In this document: one piece after another, positions 29,101-38,433 of the stretch | How the letters are laid out: each line of letters starts with the position of its first letter | Numbering within the stretch: the stretch's first letter is position 1 | From: an uncultured Candidatus Saccharibacteria bacterium | Lineage (GTDB): Bacteria > Patescibacteriota > Saccharimonadia > Saccharimonadales > JAGQNJ01 | Direction: 5' to 3' | DNA length: 64,000 nucleotides | Assembly: GCA_964510945.1 (NCBI GenBank) | Contig: CAZEED010000001.1 | Location: 98,774-162,773, forward strand | Notes under the pieces: model-generated | Database searches by the model: none | The model's input: the letters and a program-made list of their open reading frames with translations, nothing else | What the model was told of the DNA's origin: nothing | Position numbers and translations under genes: made by a program

Positions 29101-29976
29101 GAGACTCGCACACCAAAAGGACAGGCTGTATTGTCTGAGCTTGCCGGTACAGTTAATGTTTGGGAAGAGGGCGAAAAATATATTGTCCAAGTAACTTCAG
29201 ACGACAAATCGCGAGTCGATCTAGACCTTAATGATAGAATTGCCAAGATTGAATCTAATACTGAAGTTGGTGTTGGAGATGTAATCGCAATCGGGCCAAA
29301 TGATTCTGACCCACTTGTCGCGCCAGTTGCCGGAAAAGCATCTGTAACTAAGAAAAAGATTAGTATTAGCCCTGTAAGCGAACAGGTTGTGAAATACGAA
29401 ATACCTGGAAATAAGCCAGTTGTAGTCAAAGATGGCGACACTGTAGTAGCCGGACAACGACTAACTGGTGGATCGATTAGCCTACACGAGTTAATGGCAT
29501 TACAGGGCATAGAGGCAACTCAACGCTACATCATGAATGAAATCCTTCAGATCTTTGTATCGCAAGGGCAGAATATTGCTAACAAACACCTTGAAGTAAT
29601 TGTTAGACAAATGTTCTCCAGAGTACAGATAGATGATGCAGGTGATAGTGAATACGTAACAGGTGATATCGTCAGTAAAGTTGATGTGTTAGAGAAGAAC
29701 GAAGAACTAGCTAAGAACAAAAAACAGCTCGTTCAGTACAGTCAATTACTGCTGGGAATCACTAAAGCCTCACTATCAACAGAATCATTCTTGTCAGCCG
29801 CTAGTTTCCAGGATACTACTAGAGTACTTATAGCAGCAGCGACAAGTGGAAAAGTTGATTACCTAAGAGGGCTAAAAGAAAACGTAATCTTGGGACGCAT
29901 GATTCCAGTAGGAACAGGCTACAATGCCTACGACAAAAAAGATGCTACCCCCGTTGACGAAGAAGATGAAAAGTGA
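26164..29976 (+). CDS. rpoC: DNA-directed RNA polymerase subunit beta'
   Basis: ORF 26119-29976; start at ATG 26164 overlapping the rpoB stop by 8 nt; catalytic [12 protein letters not shown]. Confidence 0.96.
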   Translation: MRRYSHGPDITDFDAVRLAVASSADISDWSYGEVTKPETINYRTQKPERDGLFCERIFGPVKDINPHDAKYKGVRSREAAVDKKGEIVTRSIVRRERMGHIQLASPVAHIWFLRGTPSAMGLLLGLTVKNLERVAYFASYIIKKVDVKKRDQLLTDREAQTDAAKQAIDARYEAEAKKDDANIKALAEMRTKELEELVNEFNEFKEQIDMLVEYGLINEGDYQNLPDNLKEIIEVGMGGNALKQMLDEIELEDLIKQLNEEAEGAKGQRKKKLLKRLRLLESMNRAGIKPNSMCLQVLPVIPPDLRPMVQLTGGRFATSDLNDLYRRVINRNNRLKKLIDLNAPEVICRNEQRMLQEAVDALIDNGNARSGRAVAASGQRRRLKSLSDMLKGKQGRFRQNLLGKRVDYSGRSVIVSGPELKIDQCGLPKMMALELFKPFVIGSLIENDYAHNIRSATRMIELGETPVWDALDEVIKEKYVLLNRAPSLHRLSIQSFKPILIEGKAIQLHPLVCRGFNADFDGDQMAVHLPLSDASQKEAKEIMAANKNLLKPADGSPILHIEQDIVLGCYYLTYIKPGSETKPRAFKSLEEAMMAYDCEYIKLQSAVRVPFRGKVQETTLGRLLFNEIFPEDFEFHNTTMTKKLLGQVMSEVYEKYGQDVTAEIADDLKDIGFEYATVSGLSLGISDFSDIVGLDKKLSEGETKSADISTQYNEGFITDDERYRLTVNNWKTIDSDIQEMLTKQFTQEDSAMATAVTSGARGNIGQVKTAVGMLGITQDTTGRAIELPIRSSYKKGLNPLEYFTATRGARKQMIDTALKTADSGYLTRRLVDVSQDVFTDDEEAPDPGFPVYRSDSIEIGVTLGSRLEGRFAAETVKPHIKKGELITRAIAEMIDKDLSIESVKIMSVLSCSSPRGISRKSYGIDPATGNLVSAYYPVGVVAAQSIGEPGTQLTLRSYHAGGQSVEDITTGLPRVEELFETRTPKGQAVLSELAGTVNVWEEGEKYIVQVTSDDKSRVDLDLNDRIAKIESNTEVGVGDVIAIGPNDSDPLVAPVAGKASVTKKKISISPVSEQVVKYEIPGNKPVVVKDGDTVVAGQRLTGGSISLHELMALQGIEATQRYIMNEILQIFVSQGQNIANKHLEVIVRQMFSRVQIDDAGDSEYVTGDIVSKVDVLEKNEELAKNKKQLVQYSQLLLGITKASLSTESFLSAASFQDTTRVLIAAATSGKVDYLRGLKENVILGRMIPVGTGYNAYDKKDATPVDEEDEK

Positions 29977-29993
29977 TAGGGTTATAGACTGAT

Positions 29994-30407
29994 ATGCCAA
30001 CAATTAACCAACTAATTCGAAAACCTAGAAAACCTGTGACTAAGAAATCAAAGTCGCCAGCGCTTCATCGGGTTGTTAATAACCTAAATACGACTAACTA
30101 CGAAAAGCCATCACCTTTCAAGCGTGGTGTCTGCGTTAAAGTAACAACAAAAACACCTAAAAAACCAAACTCTGCGCTCCGTAAAGTTGCCCGTGTTAGA
30201 TTGACTAATGGTCATGAAGTCTGGGCCTACATCGGTGGCGAAGGGCACAACTTACAAGAGCACGCTGTAGTACTAATCCGTGGTGGTCGAGTAAAAGACC
30301 TTCCGGGTGTTCGATATCACATCGTACGTGGTGCATTAGACCTTCAGGGTGTTTCTGACCGAAAACAAGGCCGATCTAAGTATGGTACAAAGAAGGCGAG
30401 TAAGTAG
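29994..30407 (+). CDS. rpsL: 30S ribosomal protein S12
   Basis: PTINQLIRK..., [15 protein letters not shown]. Confidence 0.97.
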   Translation: MPTINQLIRKPRKPVTKKSKSPALHRVVNNLNTTNYEKPSPFKRGVCVKVTTKTPKKPNSALRKVARVRLTNGHEVWAYIGGEGHNLQEHAVVLIRGGRVKDLPGVRYHIVRGALDLQGVSDRKQGRSKYGTKKASK

Positions 30408-30884
30408 ATGCCAAGGAAAAAGACCAAAGAACTAATTCGAAAAATTCCTGGTGATCGCTTATACGACAGCGTCATGGTACAACGCGTAATTAATCGTGTA
30501 ATGCTAGATGGTAAAAAACAAGTTGCTGAACGTTTGGTCTATGGTGGTATGCAGGATGCTGCCGACAAACTTAAAGTTAAAAATCCTCTAGAAGTCTTTG
30601 ATAAAGCGCTTGGTAATATCCGTCCAAGTGTAGAGACTAGGTCTAGACGAGTTGGTGGAGCTAACTATCAGATACCATTTGAAGTTAAAGGCCAGAGACA
30701 ATCTCACCTTACAATTATGTGGTTTGTTGAAGCAGCACGTGCACGATCAGGCATGAGCATGAAAGATCGAATCGCCCAAGAGCTTATGGATGCGTATAAC
30801 GAATCCGGTTCAGCAGTTAAAAAACGCGAAGATATGCACAAAATGGCAGAAGCCAACCGTGCCTTCGCTCACTTCGCGAGATAG
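30408..30884 (+). CDS. rpsG: 30S ribosomal protein S7
   Basis: 158 aa; RRVGGANYQIPFEV, KMAEANRAFAHF. Confidence 0.96.
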   Translation: MPRKKTKELIRKIPGDRLYDSVMVQRVINRVMLDGKKQVAERLVYGGMQDAADKLKVKNPLEVFDKALGNIRPSVETRSRRVGGANYQIPFEVKGQRQSHLTIMWFVEAARARSGMSMKDRIAQELMDAYNESGSAVKKREDMHKMAEANRAFAHFAR

Positions 30885-30888
30885 CAGA

Positions 30889-31092
30889 ATGATTTCTGAA
30901 ACTGTCGGACGGTTTAAAAGAAACGTGGCTGATCAATTAGTCCAGCACGAAGATAGGCTAAGAACTTCGTTTGAAGATCAGGAAAATAATATCCGCCTAA
31001 ACTTTGAAGTTGCAGGTTTAAGCGTTGTCCATGCTTTAGCAAGTTTAGCAGTAACAACAGTTGAAATATTAACACCTAGGAGTACAGAATAA
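30889..31092 (+). CDS. Possible 67-aa ORF filling the rpsG-fusA spacer
   Basis: ATG 30889 is 5 nt after the rpsG stop; its TAA abuts the fusA ATG (TAAATG); the fusA SD AGGAG lies inside it; no homology recognised. Confidence 0.3.
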   Translation: MISETVGRFKRNVADQLVQHEDRLRTSFEDQENNIRLNFEVAGLSVVHALASLAVTTVEILTPRSTE

Positions 31093-33180
31093 ATGGCGGA
31101 CAAAAAATCAGATCTAAAAAATTATAGAAATATCGGTATTATAGCGCATATTGATGCTGGTAAAACTACAACAACAGAGGGTATTCTTTACCGTACTGGC
31201 TTAAAGCACAAAATTGGTGCAGTTCACGAAGGTGAAACGACCACCGACTGGATGGAACAAGAACGCGAACGCGGTATCACCATCACATCTGCCGCGGTTA
31301 CCTGTTTCTGGAAAGATCACAAGATCAACATCATAGACACACCTGGGCACATTGACTTCACCGCCGAAGTTGAACGTAGCCTAAGAGTACTAGATGGTGC
31401 TGTAACAGTATTTGACGGCAAAATGGGTGTCGAGAGTCAATCAGAGACAGTATGGCGTCAAGCGAACAAATATAATGTCCCTCGGATCTGTTTTATTAAC
31501 AAAATTAACCAAACAGGTGGCGATTTCTACAAATCACTTGATACTATTCACGCAAGGTTAACAAAACGTGCTTTTCCGATACATCTACCATTAGGTTTCG
31601 AACAGTCGATTAATGGAATCATTGATCTGATTAGTATGAAAGCATACACCTATAAAGAGTTTACTGATCACGAATTAGTCGAATCAGACATCCCAGAGAA
31701 TATGGCAGATCAGGTAAAGAAGTACCGAAGTCTATTGGTCGAAAACGCAGTAGCCGAAGATGAAAAAATCCTAGAAAAATTCTTCGAAGTTGGAGAAGAT
31801 GGATTATCAGAGGATGAAATAAGGCAAGCCGTCCGAACAGCAACACTTACCAGTGATTTCTTCCCTGTAACGGGTGGTGATGGTCGCGGGGTGATTGTAG
31901 AGAAAGTCCTTGATGCAGTTAATGACTTTTTACCAAGCCCACTAGATCGTGGCTCTGTCTGGGGCACACATCCTAAGAGTGGCGATGAGATTGAAAGAAA
32001 ACCTTCAGAGTCTGAGCCAATGTCAGCTTTAGCGTTTAAAATTGCAACTGATCCTTTTGTAGGTAAATTATGCTTTGTAAGAGTATATTCAGGTAAGTTG
32101 CAGGCAGGATCATATGTCTATAACAGCTCTACAGGCGAAAAAGAACGTGTTGGACGCGTTGTACGTATGCAAGCCGATAAACGAGAAGACATTACAGAGA
32201 TTAGCGCTGGTGACATAGCTGCGATAGTAGGCCTAAAAGGTACTACGACTGGTAATACCCTATGTGACGTAAATAACACAGTTGTACTCGAGAATATTAC
32301 TTTCCCTGATCCACCGGTATCGATTGCCATTGAGCCAAAAACTAAAGCCGATCAAGAAAAGATGGGTATTGCTTTGCAAAGACTAGCCGAAGAAGATCCA
32401 ACCTTCCAAGTAAAGGTTGATCACGAGACAGGGCAAACAATTATTAAAGGGATGGGTGAATTGCACCTCGAAATCATTGTCGATCGAATGAAAAGAGAAT
32501 TTGCTGTTGAGGCTAACATTGGTCAACCGCAAGTTGCTTATCGCGAGACAATCCGAAAAGATGGTGTTGAAGTACAAGGCAAATTTATCCGACAATCAGG
32601 TGGACGAGGTCAATATGGTGACGTTTGGCTGCGACTTTCGCAAAATGAACAAGGTAAGGGCTTTGAATTCATCAACAAAATTAAGGGTGGTGTGATTCCT
32701 GCAGAATATATTAAGCCAGTTGAAGAGGGAATCAAAGAAGCCATGAGCAATGGAGTACTCGCTGGATATCCAGTCGTAGACATCGTTGCCGAACTTTATG
32801 ATGGTAGCTATCATGACGTGGACTCTAGTGAAATGGCCTTTAAAGTTGCAGGATCTATGGCATTACAAGCGGGTGTTAAACAAGCTGCGCCAGTATTACT
32901 AGAGCCAGTGATGAAAGTAGTAGTTGTTACACCTGAAGAGTTTATGGGTGAAGTTATTGGTGACCTTAATAGTAAACGTGGTCGTATCGAGTCTATGGAA
33001 GATCTAACAGCCGGTATTAAAGAAATTACAGCCTTTGTACCACTCGGAGAAATGTTTGGCTACACTACTAATCTACGTAGCAATACACAAGGTCGCGCTA
33101 GCTCAAGCATGGAGCTGGATCACTACGCTGATGTTCCAAGCCACGTAGCCGAAGCAATCATCGCCAAAAACAGTAAATAA
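31093..33180 (+). CDS. fusA: Elongation factor G
   Basis: 695 aa; [24 protein letters not shown](Q). Confidence 0.97.
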   Translation: MADKKSDLKNYRNIGIIAHIDAGKTTTTEGILYRTGLKHKIGAVHEGETTTDWMEQERERGITITSAAVTCFWKDHKINIIDTPGHIDFTAEVERSLRVLDGAVTVFDGKMGVESQSETVWRQANKYNVPRICFINKINQTGGDFYKSLDTIHARLTKRAFPIHLPLGFEQSINGIIDLISMKAYTYKEFTDHELVESDIPENMADQVKKYRSLLVENAVAEDEKILEKFFEVGEDGLSEDEIRQAVRTATLTSDFFPVTGGDGRGVIVEKVLDAVNDFLPSPLDRGSVWGTHPKSGDEIERKPSESEPMSALAFKIATDPFVGKLCFVRVYSGKLQAGSYVYNSSTGEKERVGRVVRMQADKREDITEISAGDIAAIVGLKGTTTGNTLCDVNNTVVLENITFPDPPVSIAIEPKTKADQEKMGIALQRLAEEDPTFQVKVDHETGQTIIKGMGELHLEIIVDRMKREFAVEANIGQPQVAYRETIRKDGVEVQGKFIRQSGGRGQYGDVWLRLSQNEQGKGFEFINKIKGGVIPAEYIKPVEEGIKEAMSNGVLAGYPVVDIVAELYDGSYHDVDSSEMAFKVAGSMALQAGVKQAAPVLLEPVMKVVVVTPEEFMGEVIGDLNSKRGRIESMEDLTAGIKEITAFVPLGEMFGYTTNLRSNTQGRASSSMELDHYADVPSHVAEAIIAKNSK

Positions 33181-33241
33181 CATATTCATATAAATATATA
33201 GAAAAATCTCAAAGAATTAAATTTCAACACCTAGACAAATG

Positions 33242-34048
33242 CTATTTATTTATATTCGTTCCGTCTCCGAATAATTTACCAGAATTAAAATCAGCGCGCA
33301 TCCCCGTATAATCGCCAGTAGGTAACTGTATACTCCTAACCCTTATTGCAGCAATATCTATAGGATCTCCCATGACCGCTACATACATTCTCGCTTTTAC
33401 TTGTCTATTGACTGGGGTGCCATAGTCATCAGTGTCATATATGTACTCGTTAAAGCCGTAGCAACCTATTCTACGTGCAGTCTTATTACTTTCTTGTCGA
33501 TGGTCATAACTACTATTACTAGTTGTATACCATGATCTTGTTCCTTCTCTGTATAAACGAATGCTAACATGCGTATTCCAACTTTTTGCTTTCCAGCAAA
33601 GCTGTACTGCCATCGGACGATTACGAGTGTTTTCGGGCTTTGGAATGATAAAAGACTTTGATATATAGGTCATTCTTGGCGTATATAGACTAGTTCTAGA
33701 TCTCCAACCATTTATTTTACGCCCTTTAGAATTAGTGGATACTTTGATCTTGTGGCCAACAGACCTCCAATTTACTTGCGGAATACTAGTATCATACTGA
33801 TCTTCATTATTATTTTCTGCTGCTGCGTCGTCGTAGTTGAGTACTTTAATAGGTTTTTTCTCTACTATATCCCCAGCCGGATATGTTTTGCTGTAACCCT
33901 TCGATTGCGCGTCTGAATTTCTGATGTTGAATAAATCATTTTTGTATGCGAATACCCCTAAAGCTAACACTAAACCAATCAATAGCGACATAACTAATAT
34001 TGGTTGAAATCTACGATTTGTAGTTTTAGTTTTATTATTTGACTTCAT
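33242..34048 (-). CDS. Membrane-anchored two-Cys extracytoplasmic protein, paralog 1 (unrecognised family)
   Basis: 268 aa; basic N-tail plus TM (ILVMSLLIGLVLALGVFAY). Shares DLFNIRNSDAQSK.YSKTYPAG, RPMAVQLCWKA, GCYGF, IAAIRV with the two downstream paralogs. Confidence 0.6.
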   Translation of the reverse strand: MKSNNKTKTTNRRFQPILVMSLLIGLVLALGVFAYKNDLFNIRNSDAQSKGYSKTYPAGDIVEKKPIKVLNYDDAAAENNNEDQYDTSIPQVNWRSVGHKIKVSTNSKGRKINGWRSRTSLYTPRMTYISKSFIIPKPENTRNRPMAVQLCWKAKSWNTHVSIRLYREGTRSWYTTSNSSYDHRQESNKTARRIGCYGFNEYIYDTDDYGTPVNRQVKARMYVAVMGDPIDIAAIRVRSIQLPTGDYTGMRADFNSGKLFGDGTNINK

Positions 34049-34080
34049 ATGTTTAGTCTCATTTCAATTATTTAATATAA

Positions 34081-34881
34081 TTATCTTGTGATGTCCGTTT
34101 CGAATTGTCTCAGGTAATATCCATTACTGTCGTGTTCTTGTGGTTTTGTTGGTTCAAAGATTTTAATAGATGCCAGTTCAATGCCACCTTCAGGTACTTT
34201 AATGAAGAGTTTTGCTTTTATGGATTTTTTTATTCTTACCGCGTATTGTCCTCGATGTATTGGCTCACTCTGCGGATGTGATCTAGGTACGACAGATTTA
34301 TAGCCAACATCATAAAAACCCCAGCAAGCAATTTCGCGATACCGATTAGGATCGCTTTCATATCGATGGGTGAAATTTATATGATATGCTCCATCCTTGG
34401 TCCCCCACACTTTATTGATATCTCTACTCAAACGTAGTTTTATGGTTGTATTCTTTTCTAGAGCTCGCCAGCAAACATACACAGCCATTGGACGTTTTGA
34501 TGTAGGAATGGTAAACCATTTACTGAAGTAGACCCATCCTTCGTTATCTAGAGTGTGTTTTTCATCGGCGTGATTCATCCTCCAACCATCAATCATAGGG
34601 CCACCTGGTTTAGCGGGCATACGAATATTCCCGCCTTGAGATTTAACCGATACTAACTTACCTCTGTAATACTTGAATGGTGTGGGTTTGTAATTAACTA
34701 TTTTTCCCGCAGCATAGGTTTTATTATATCGTTTAGAATCCGCCGACGAATCTTTTAGATTCAGCAAATCCATACTAAAAATAACAAGTCCAATTACGAA
34801 TATTAATATAATTGAAAAAGTTATAATTTTTGATTTATTTGATAATTTAAGATCCTTATTTTTCTTTTTTTTGTTTGCCAT
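34081..34881 (-). CDS. Membrane-anchored two-Cys extracytoplasmic protein, paralog 2
   Basis: 266 aa; MANKKKKNKDLKLS tail, TM, NIRMPAKPGGPMIDGWR, RPMAVYVCWRA, IACWGFYD, LASIKIF; SD AAGGA before the ATG. Confidence 0.65.
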   Translation of the reverse strand: MANKKKKNKDLKLSNKSKIITFSIILIFVIGLVIFSMDLLNLKDSSADSKRYNKTYAAGKIVNYKPTPFKYYRGKLVSVKSQGGNIRMPAKPGGPMIDGWRMNHADEKHTLDNEGWVYFSKWFTIPTSKRPMAVYVCWRALEKNTTIKLRLSRDINKVWGTKDGAYHINFTHRYESDPNRYREIACWGFYDVGYKSVVPRSHPQSEPIHRGQYAVRIKKSIKAKLFIKVPEGGIELASIKIFEPTKPQEHDSNGYYLRQFETDITR

Positions 34882-34912
34882 ATTTGTCCTTAGCTACATT
34901 TATTAGTTATCT

Positions 34913-35869
34913 TTAATTGGTGATGTCAGATTCAAACTGTCTATCGTAATAATTTGCACCGAGTTTAGATCTTTCAGGCGGTTGTGTTGGGTGAAAAACT
35001 TTTATTGAAGCAATTTCTACTTGGCCACGAACCTTTATATTAATTCTAGCCTTAATGGATTTGGATTTATTCATTTTTTTCATGTATTGCCCTGGATATA
35101 TTGGCTCGTTTTGCGGATGTGATCTAGGCACGACACGTTCATAGGCGATATCGTAAAAACCCCAACATTTTATTTTTTGCCACTCATCGTCACCATGTTC
35201 ATAACGATGTATATAGTTCATTATAGGCGCGCCATTTTTGTCTGACCATAATTCTCGTCTATTCTTGTTACTGAGCGTAGGACCTGCGAATAGAAGTTTT
35301 AATGATGTTTCTTTGCCGGACAATGATCTCCAGCAGACATATAAAGCTAGCGGTTTATCACTCTTGTCTTTTGGGATATTTATTTCTTTTGAAAAATAAG
35401 ACCAGTCAGGTAAATATGTAGTAAGTCTAGGGTTTACAGCTTTTTTATTGGGTTTTAACTTTTTAAAAAGTTTATCGTAGGTTGATGAGTTAACTAATGG
35501 CGATCGCCATCCCTTAATCATAGGACCTCCTGGTTTGGCAGGCATTCTTATGTTCTTTCCTAAAGATTTCATCATTACAAAATCATCGTCGCCGTATATT
35601 CCGCTATCTTTACGAACTTTTGTTTTGCCGTAGTTAACGATTTCGCCGGCTGGGTAAGTTCTATTGTAATTCTTAGAATCTGCAGATGAGTCTCTTAGAT
35701 TCAGCAAATCCATACTATAAATTAATAATGCAAGTACAATTACTAATAAAATTGAAAAAGTTATAATTTTTGTTTTATTTGATAATTTAAGATTCTTATT
35801 TTTCTTTTTTTGTTTGGCATTTTCTCTCCTATACTTAAGCATTATACATAACACACTAATTGATTCCAA
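34913..35869 (-). CDS. Membrane-anchored two-Cys extracytoplasmic protein, paralog 3 (conserved ATG at 35820 is out of frame because of an A7 tract)
   Basis: ORF open to 35869. The homolog of the paralog-2 start (ATG 35820 behind AGGAGAG) is in the +1 frame. Motifs NIRMPAKPGGPMIKGWR, KPLALYVCWRS, IKCWGFYD, IASIKVF. Confidence 0.55.
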   Translation of the reverse strand: MESISVLCIMLKYRRENAKQKKKNKNLKLSNKTKIITFSILLVIVLALLIYSMDLLNLRDSSADSKNYNRTYPAGEIVNYGKTKVRKDSGIYGDDDFVMMKSLGKNIRMPAKPGGPMIKGWRSPLVNSSTYDKLFKKLKPNKKAVNPRLTTYLPDWSYFSKEINIPKDKSDKPLALYVCWRSLSGKETSLKLLFAGPTLSNKNRRELWSDKNGAPIMNYIHRYEHGDDEWQKIKCWGFYDIAYERVVPRSHPQNEPIYPGQYMKKMNKSKSIKARINIKVRGQVEIASIKVFHPTQPPERSKLGANYYDRQFESDITN

Positions 35870-36034
35870 TTTCTTATTTTATGTACTCTATTAACTATAA
35901 TTAAGAGTTAAAAGAATAATCCAAAAATGATTCTTTACTTGTATGCGTATTTTCGCTATTATATTCAGGTATCTCGCGTGAGTATTATATACTTATGCTA
36001 AATAATTAAGTAATTAACAGGAGTAACAACTAAA

Positions 36035-37216
36035 ATGGCAGATTTTGATCGAAGTAAACCACACGTAAACGTTGGAACAATGGGGCACGTTGACCATGGT
36101 AAAACAACACTAACAGCAGCAATTACAGCTGTACTAGCTAAAAAGCTTCCTAGCGACGTTAACAAACCAGTTAAATACGACGAAATTGACAAAGCACCAG
36201 AAGAAAAAGCACGTGGTATAACAATTGCGACATCTCACCAAGAATACGAGAGTAAAAAACGACACTACGCACACGTTGATATGCCAGGTCACGCTGACTA
36301 CGTCAAGAACATGATTACAGGTGCCGCACAGATTGACGGAGCGATTCTAGTAGTATCAGCTGCAGATGGCCCTATGCCTCAAACACGAGAACACGTACTA
36401 CTCGCAAAACAGGTCGGCGTTCCATCGATACTTGTATTCATGAACAAGATGGACCTTGCAGATCCAGAACTAGTTGAACTAGTAGAAATGGACATTCGTG
36501 AACTACTCGGCAAATACGAATTCGACGAGAACGCTCCAATTATTAAAGGTTCTGCAACTAAAGCTCTTGAAGGTAGTGCCGCAGATGAAGATGCCGTTAT
36601 GGAACTTGTCGACAAGATGGACGAATATGTTCCAGAACCAAAACGAGACCTTGATAAAGACTTCTTGATGGCTATTGAAGACGTTTTCTCAATTAAAGGA
36701 CGCGGAACTGTAGCAACCGGTCGTATTGAACAAGGAGTTGTTAAGGTAAACGAAGAAGTTGAAATTGTCGGTATCCATGATACAAAAAAGACTGTTGTTA
36801 CAGGTGTAGAGATGTTTAAAAAGAATCTAGATCAAGGTCAGGCTGGAGATAACGTCGGAATCTTACTTCGAGGTATCGAACGTGATGATATCGAACGTGG
36901 TCAAGTTTTGGCTAAACCCGGTTCAATTACGCCTCACACAGAATTTGACGCAGAAGTATACGTGCTAACAAAAGAAGAGGGTGGACGACACACCCCATTC
37001 TTTAAAGGTTACAAACCTCAATTCTACTTCCGAACAACGGACGTTACAGGTGAGGTAGAACTACCGGCTGATAAAGAAATGGTCATGCCTGGTGATACAG
37101 TAACTTTCAAGGTTAAATTGATCCAACCGATTGCTATGGATCAAGGTCAACGATTCGCCATCCGTGAAGGTGGACGAACAGTTGGCGCCGGTGTTGTAAC
37201 AAAAATTACAAAATAA
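36035..37216 (+). CDS. tuf: Elongation factor Tu
   Basis: 393 aa; [25 protein letters not shown]. Confidence 0.98.
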   Translation: MADFDRSKPHVNVGTMGHVDHGKTTLTAAITAVLAKKLPSDVNKPVKYDEIDKAPEEKARGITIATSHQEYESKKRHYAHVDMPGHADYVKNMITGAAQIDGAILVVSAADGPMPQTREHVLLAKQVGVPSILVFMNKMDLADPELVELVEMDIRELLGKYEFDENAPIIKGSATKALEGSAADEDAVMELVDKMDEYVPEPKRDLDKDFLMAIEDVFSIKGRGTVATGRIEQGVVKVNEEVEIVGIHDTKKTVVTGVEMFKKNLDQGQAGDNVGILLRGIERDDIERGQVLAKPGSITPHTEFDAEVYVLTKEEGGRHTPFFKGYKPQFYFRTTDVTGEVELPADKEMVMPGDTVTFKVKLIQPIAMDQGQRFAIREGGRTVGAGVVTKITK

Positions 37217-37250
37217 TAGTCCTTCCGCCACAAGGCAGACGAGAAGCCAA

Positions 37251-37279
37251 AAAGAGCCTCCAAAACAGAGGCTCTTTTC
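37251..37279 (+). terminator. Intrinsic terminator after tuf
   Basis: AAAGAGCCTC-CAAAACA-GAGGCTCTTT, T-rich tail. Confidence 0.7.
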
Positions 37280-37402
37280 ATATTTATCATTTTGTTATAC
37301 AATACAGTAACAAACTAATCGTAATGACTAAAAGTCGTTGTATATGATCTATTTATCATTGCAAAGATGTTACATTACACCCATAAAGAAAGGTATTTTT
37401 AT

Positions 37403-37789
37403 ATGGCTGAAGCCGATAAGACACAACCAACAAAAAAGCCAGCAGCAAAGTCTGCTGATCTAAAAGAAAAGGCCGTAGCTTCTACGAGTCAAAGGATTCG
37501 GATCCGATTAAAGGCTTATGATCATAAAGTAATTGATCAGGCTACAAAACAAATTGTCGATACTGCAATTCGTACAGGTGCTAATATTGCAGGACCAATC
37601 CCACTGCCAACAAGAAGAACCGTCTATACAGTCGTAAAAAGTCCGCATGTCTTTAAAAAAGGCCGAGAGCAGTTCGAGATGCGTACGCACAAACGACTCA
37701 TTGACGTATTAGAACCAACCCCTAAGACAATTGACTCGTTAATGAACCTAAGTCTGCCCGCTGGTTGCGATGCAGAAATTAAAATGTAG
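37403..37789 (+). CDS. rpsJ: 30S ribosomal protein S10 (with about 25-aa Lys/Ala-rich N-extension)
   Basis: ORF 37367-37789; start at ATG 37403; core [18 protein letters not shown]...RTHKRLIDV. Confidence 0.93.
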   Translation: MAEADKTQPTKKPAAKSADLKEKAVASTSQRIRIRLKAYDHKVIDQATKQIVDTAIRTGANIAGPIPLPTRRTVYTVVKSPHVFKKGREQFEMRTHKRLIDVLEPTPKTIDSLMNLSLPAGCDAEIKM

Positions 37790-37798
37790 ATTTCTTGT

Positions 37799-37975
37799 AT
37801 ACTTTTGTGCCGGCAAAAGTATGGCAAAACCTCGGGCTATCCGTTTGTCTTTACATATCTTCTTGTCAATAATCACAACAGCCTGCGGAACTCATCCGCC
37901 TGCTGGCGGACTCAAACAGTCCTCGGCATTCTAGTTGTGATTTTGACGAAGTTAATCAGGACAAGCCGGAGGCCC
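37799..37975 (+). repeat. Structured foldback element, copy A (5' hairpin ATACTTTTG/CAAAAGTAT plus long imperfect stem with variable apical hairpin)
   Basis: Alignable with 53015-53206 (+) and 53277-53467 (-). Conserved blocks ACAACAG(C/T)CTGCG(G/A)AAC and CA(A/G)ACAGTCCTCG(G/C)C; helices maintained by paired substitutions. Confidence 0.65.
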
Positions 37976-38013
37976 AAACAACATCATCGAAAATATAATG
38001 ATACAATACGTTT

Positions 38014-38277
38014 ATGGCAAAAAAACAAAAACGTATAAGAGAAACAGACGATGCATATTTCTTAAAACTAGTATTATTCATGATCTTGGGATCAATGTGG
38101 TTAAAAGTCAGTGATGGTCAATCTTGGCAAATTCCGTTACCCATAGGACTAGTTTTCGGAATACTACTGGCGAGACATGACCATTTTAGGATAGATCGTA
38201 AAATAGAATATGCTGTGCTACTAATTGCAGCGTTTGTGGGTTTTTGGGCGCCAATAGGGATTTATATTAATCTGTAA
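38014..38277 (+). CDS. Small hydrophobic protein (about 3 TM) inserted between rpsJ and rplC
   Basis: 87-aa ORF; TACAAT (38002-38007) lies 6 nt before the ATG, no SD; no family recognised. Confidence 0.45.
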   Translation: MAKKQKRIRETDDAYFLKLVLFMILGSMWLKVSDGQSWQIPLPIGLVFGILLARHDHFRIDRKIEYAVLLIAAFVGFWAPIGIYINL

Positions 38278-38433
38278 TATACACAACATATTGACAGAGG
38301 TAAGTTATTCGTGTTAATCTGTTATGGTATCAAGAAAAACCTTGGTGATTCTAGTGAAGGTTTGCTCGTTTTAACAGGGGCAAAAACCACATAAGAGCCA
38401 ATTTTTTTATGCAAATAAACGAAAGGTTAGATA

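Noticed and set aside
29037-29510. Long antisense ORFs within core genes (e.g. 29037-29510 in rpoC, 49694-50143 in rpsK/rpsD, 52689-53042 in rpsI, 15870-16217 in rsmD, 43317-43628 in rplN, 45219-45569 in rplF)
   Set aside because: They are opposite strongly conserved genes, lack SD sequences, and have compositionally biased products. They are typical shadow ORFs.
30790-30888. First 33 codons of the 100-aa ORF 30790-31092
   Set aside because: This part overlaps the 3' end of rpsG in another frame. Only the portion after the rpsG stop (from ATG 30889) is considered potentially coding.
37805-38038. 77-aa plus-strand ORF spanning foldback element A
   Set aside because: It coincides with a highly base-paired repeat whose other two copies do not preserve the reading frame (one copy is inverted). 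It has no SD. It is more likely non-coding.
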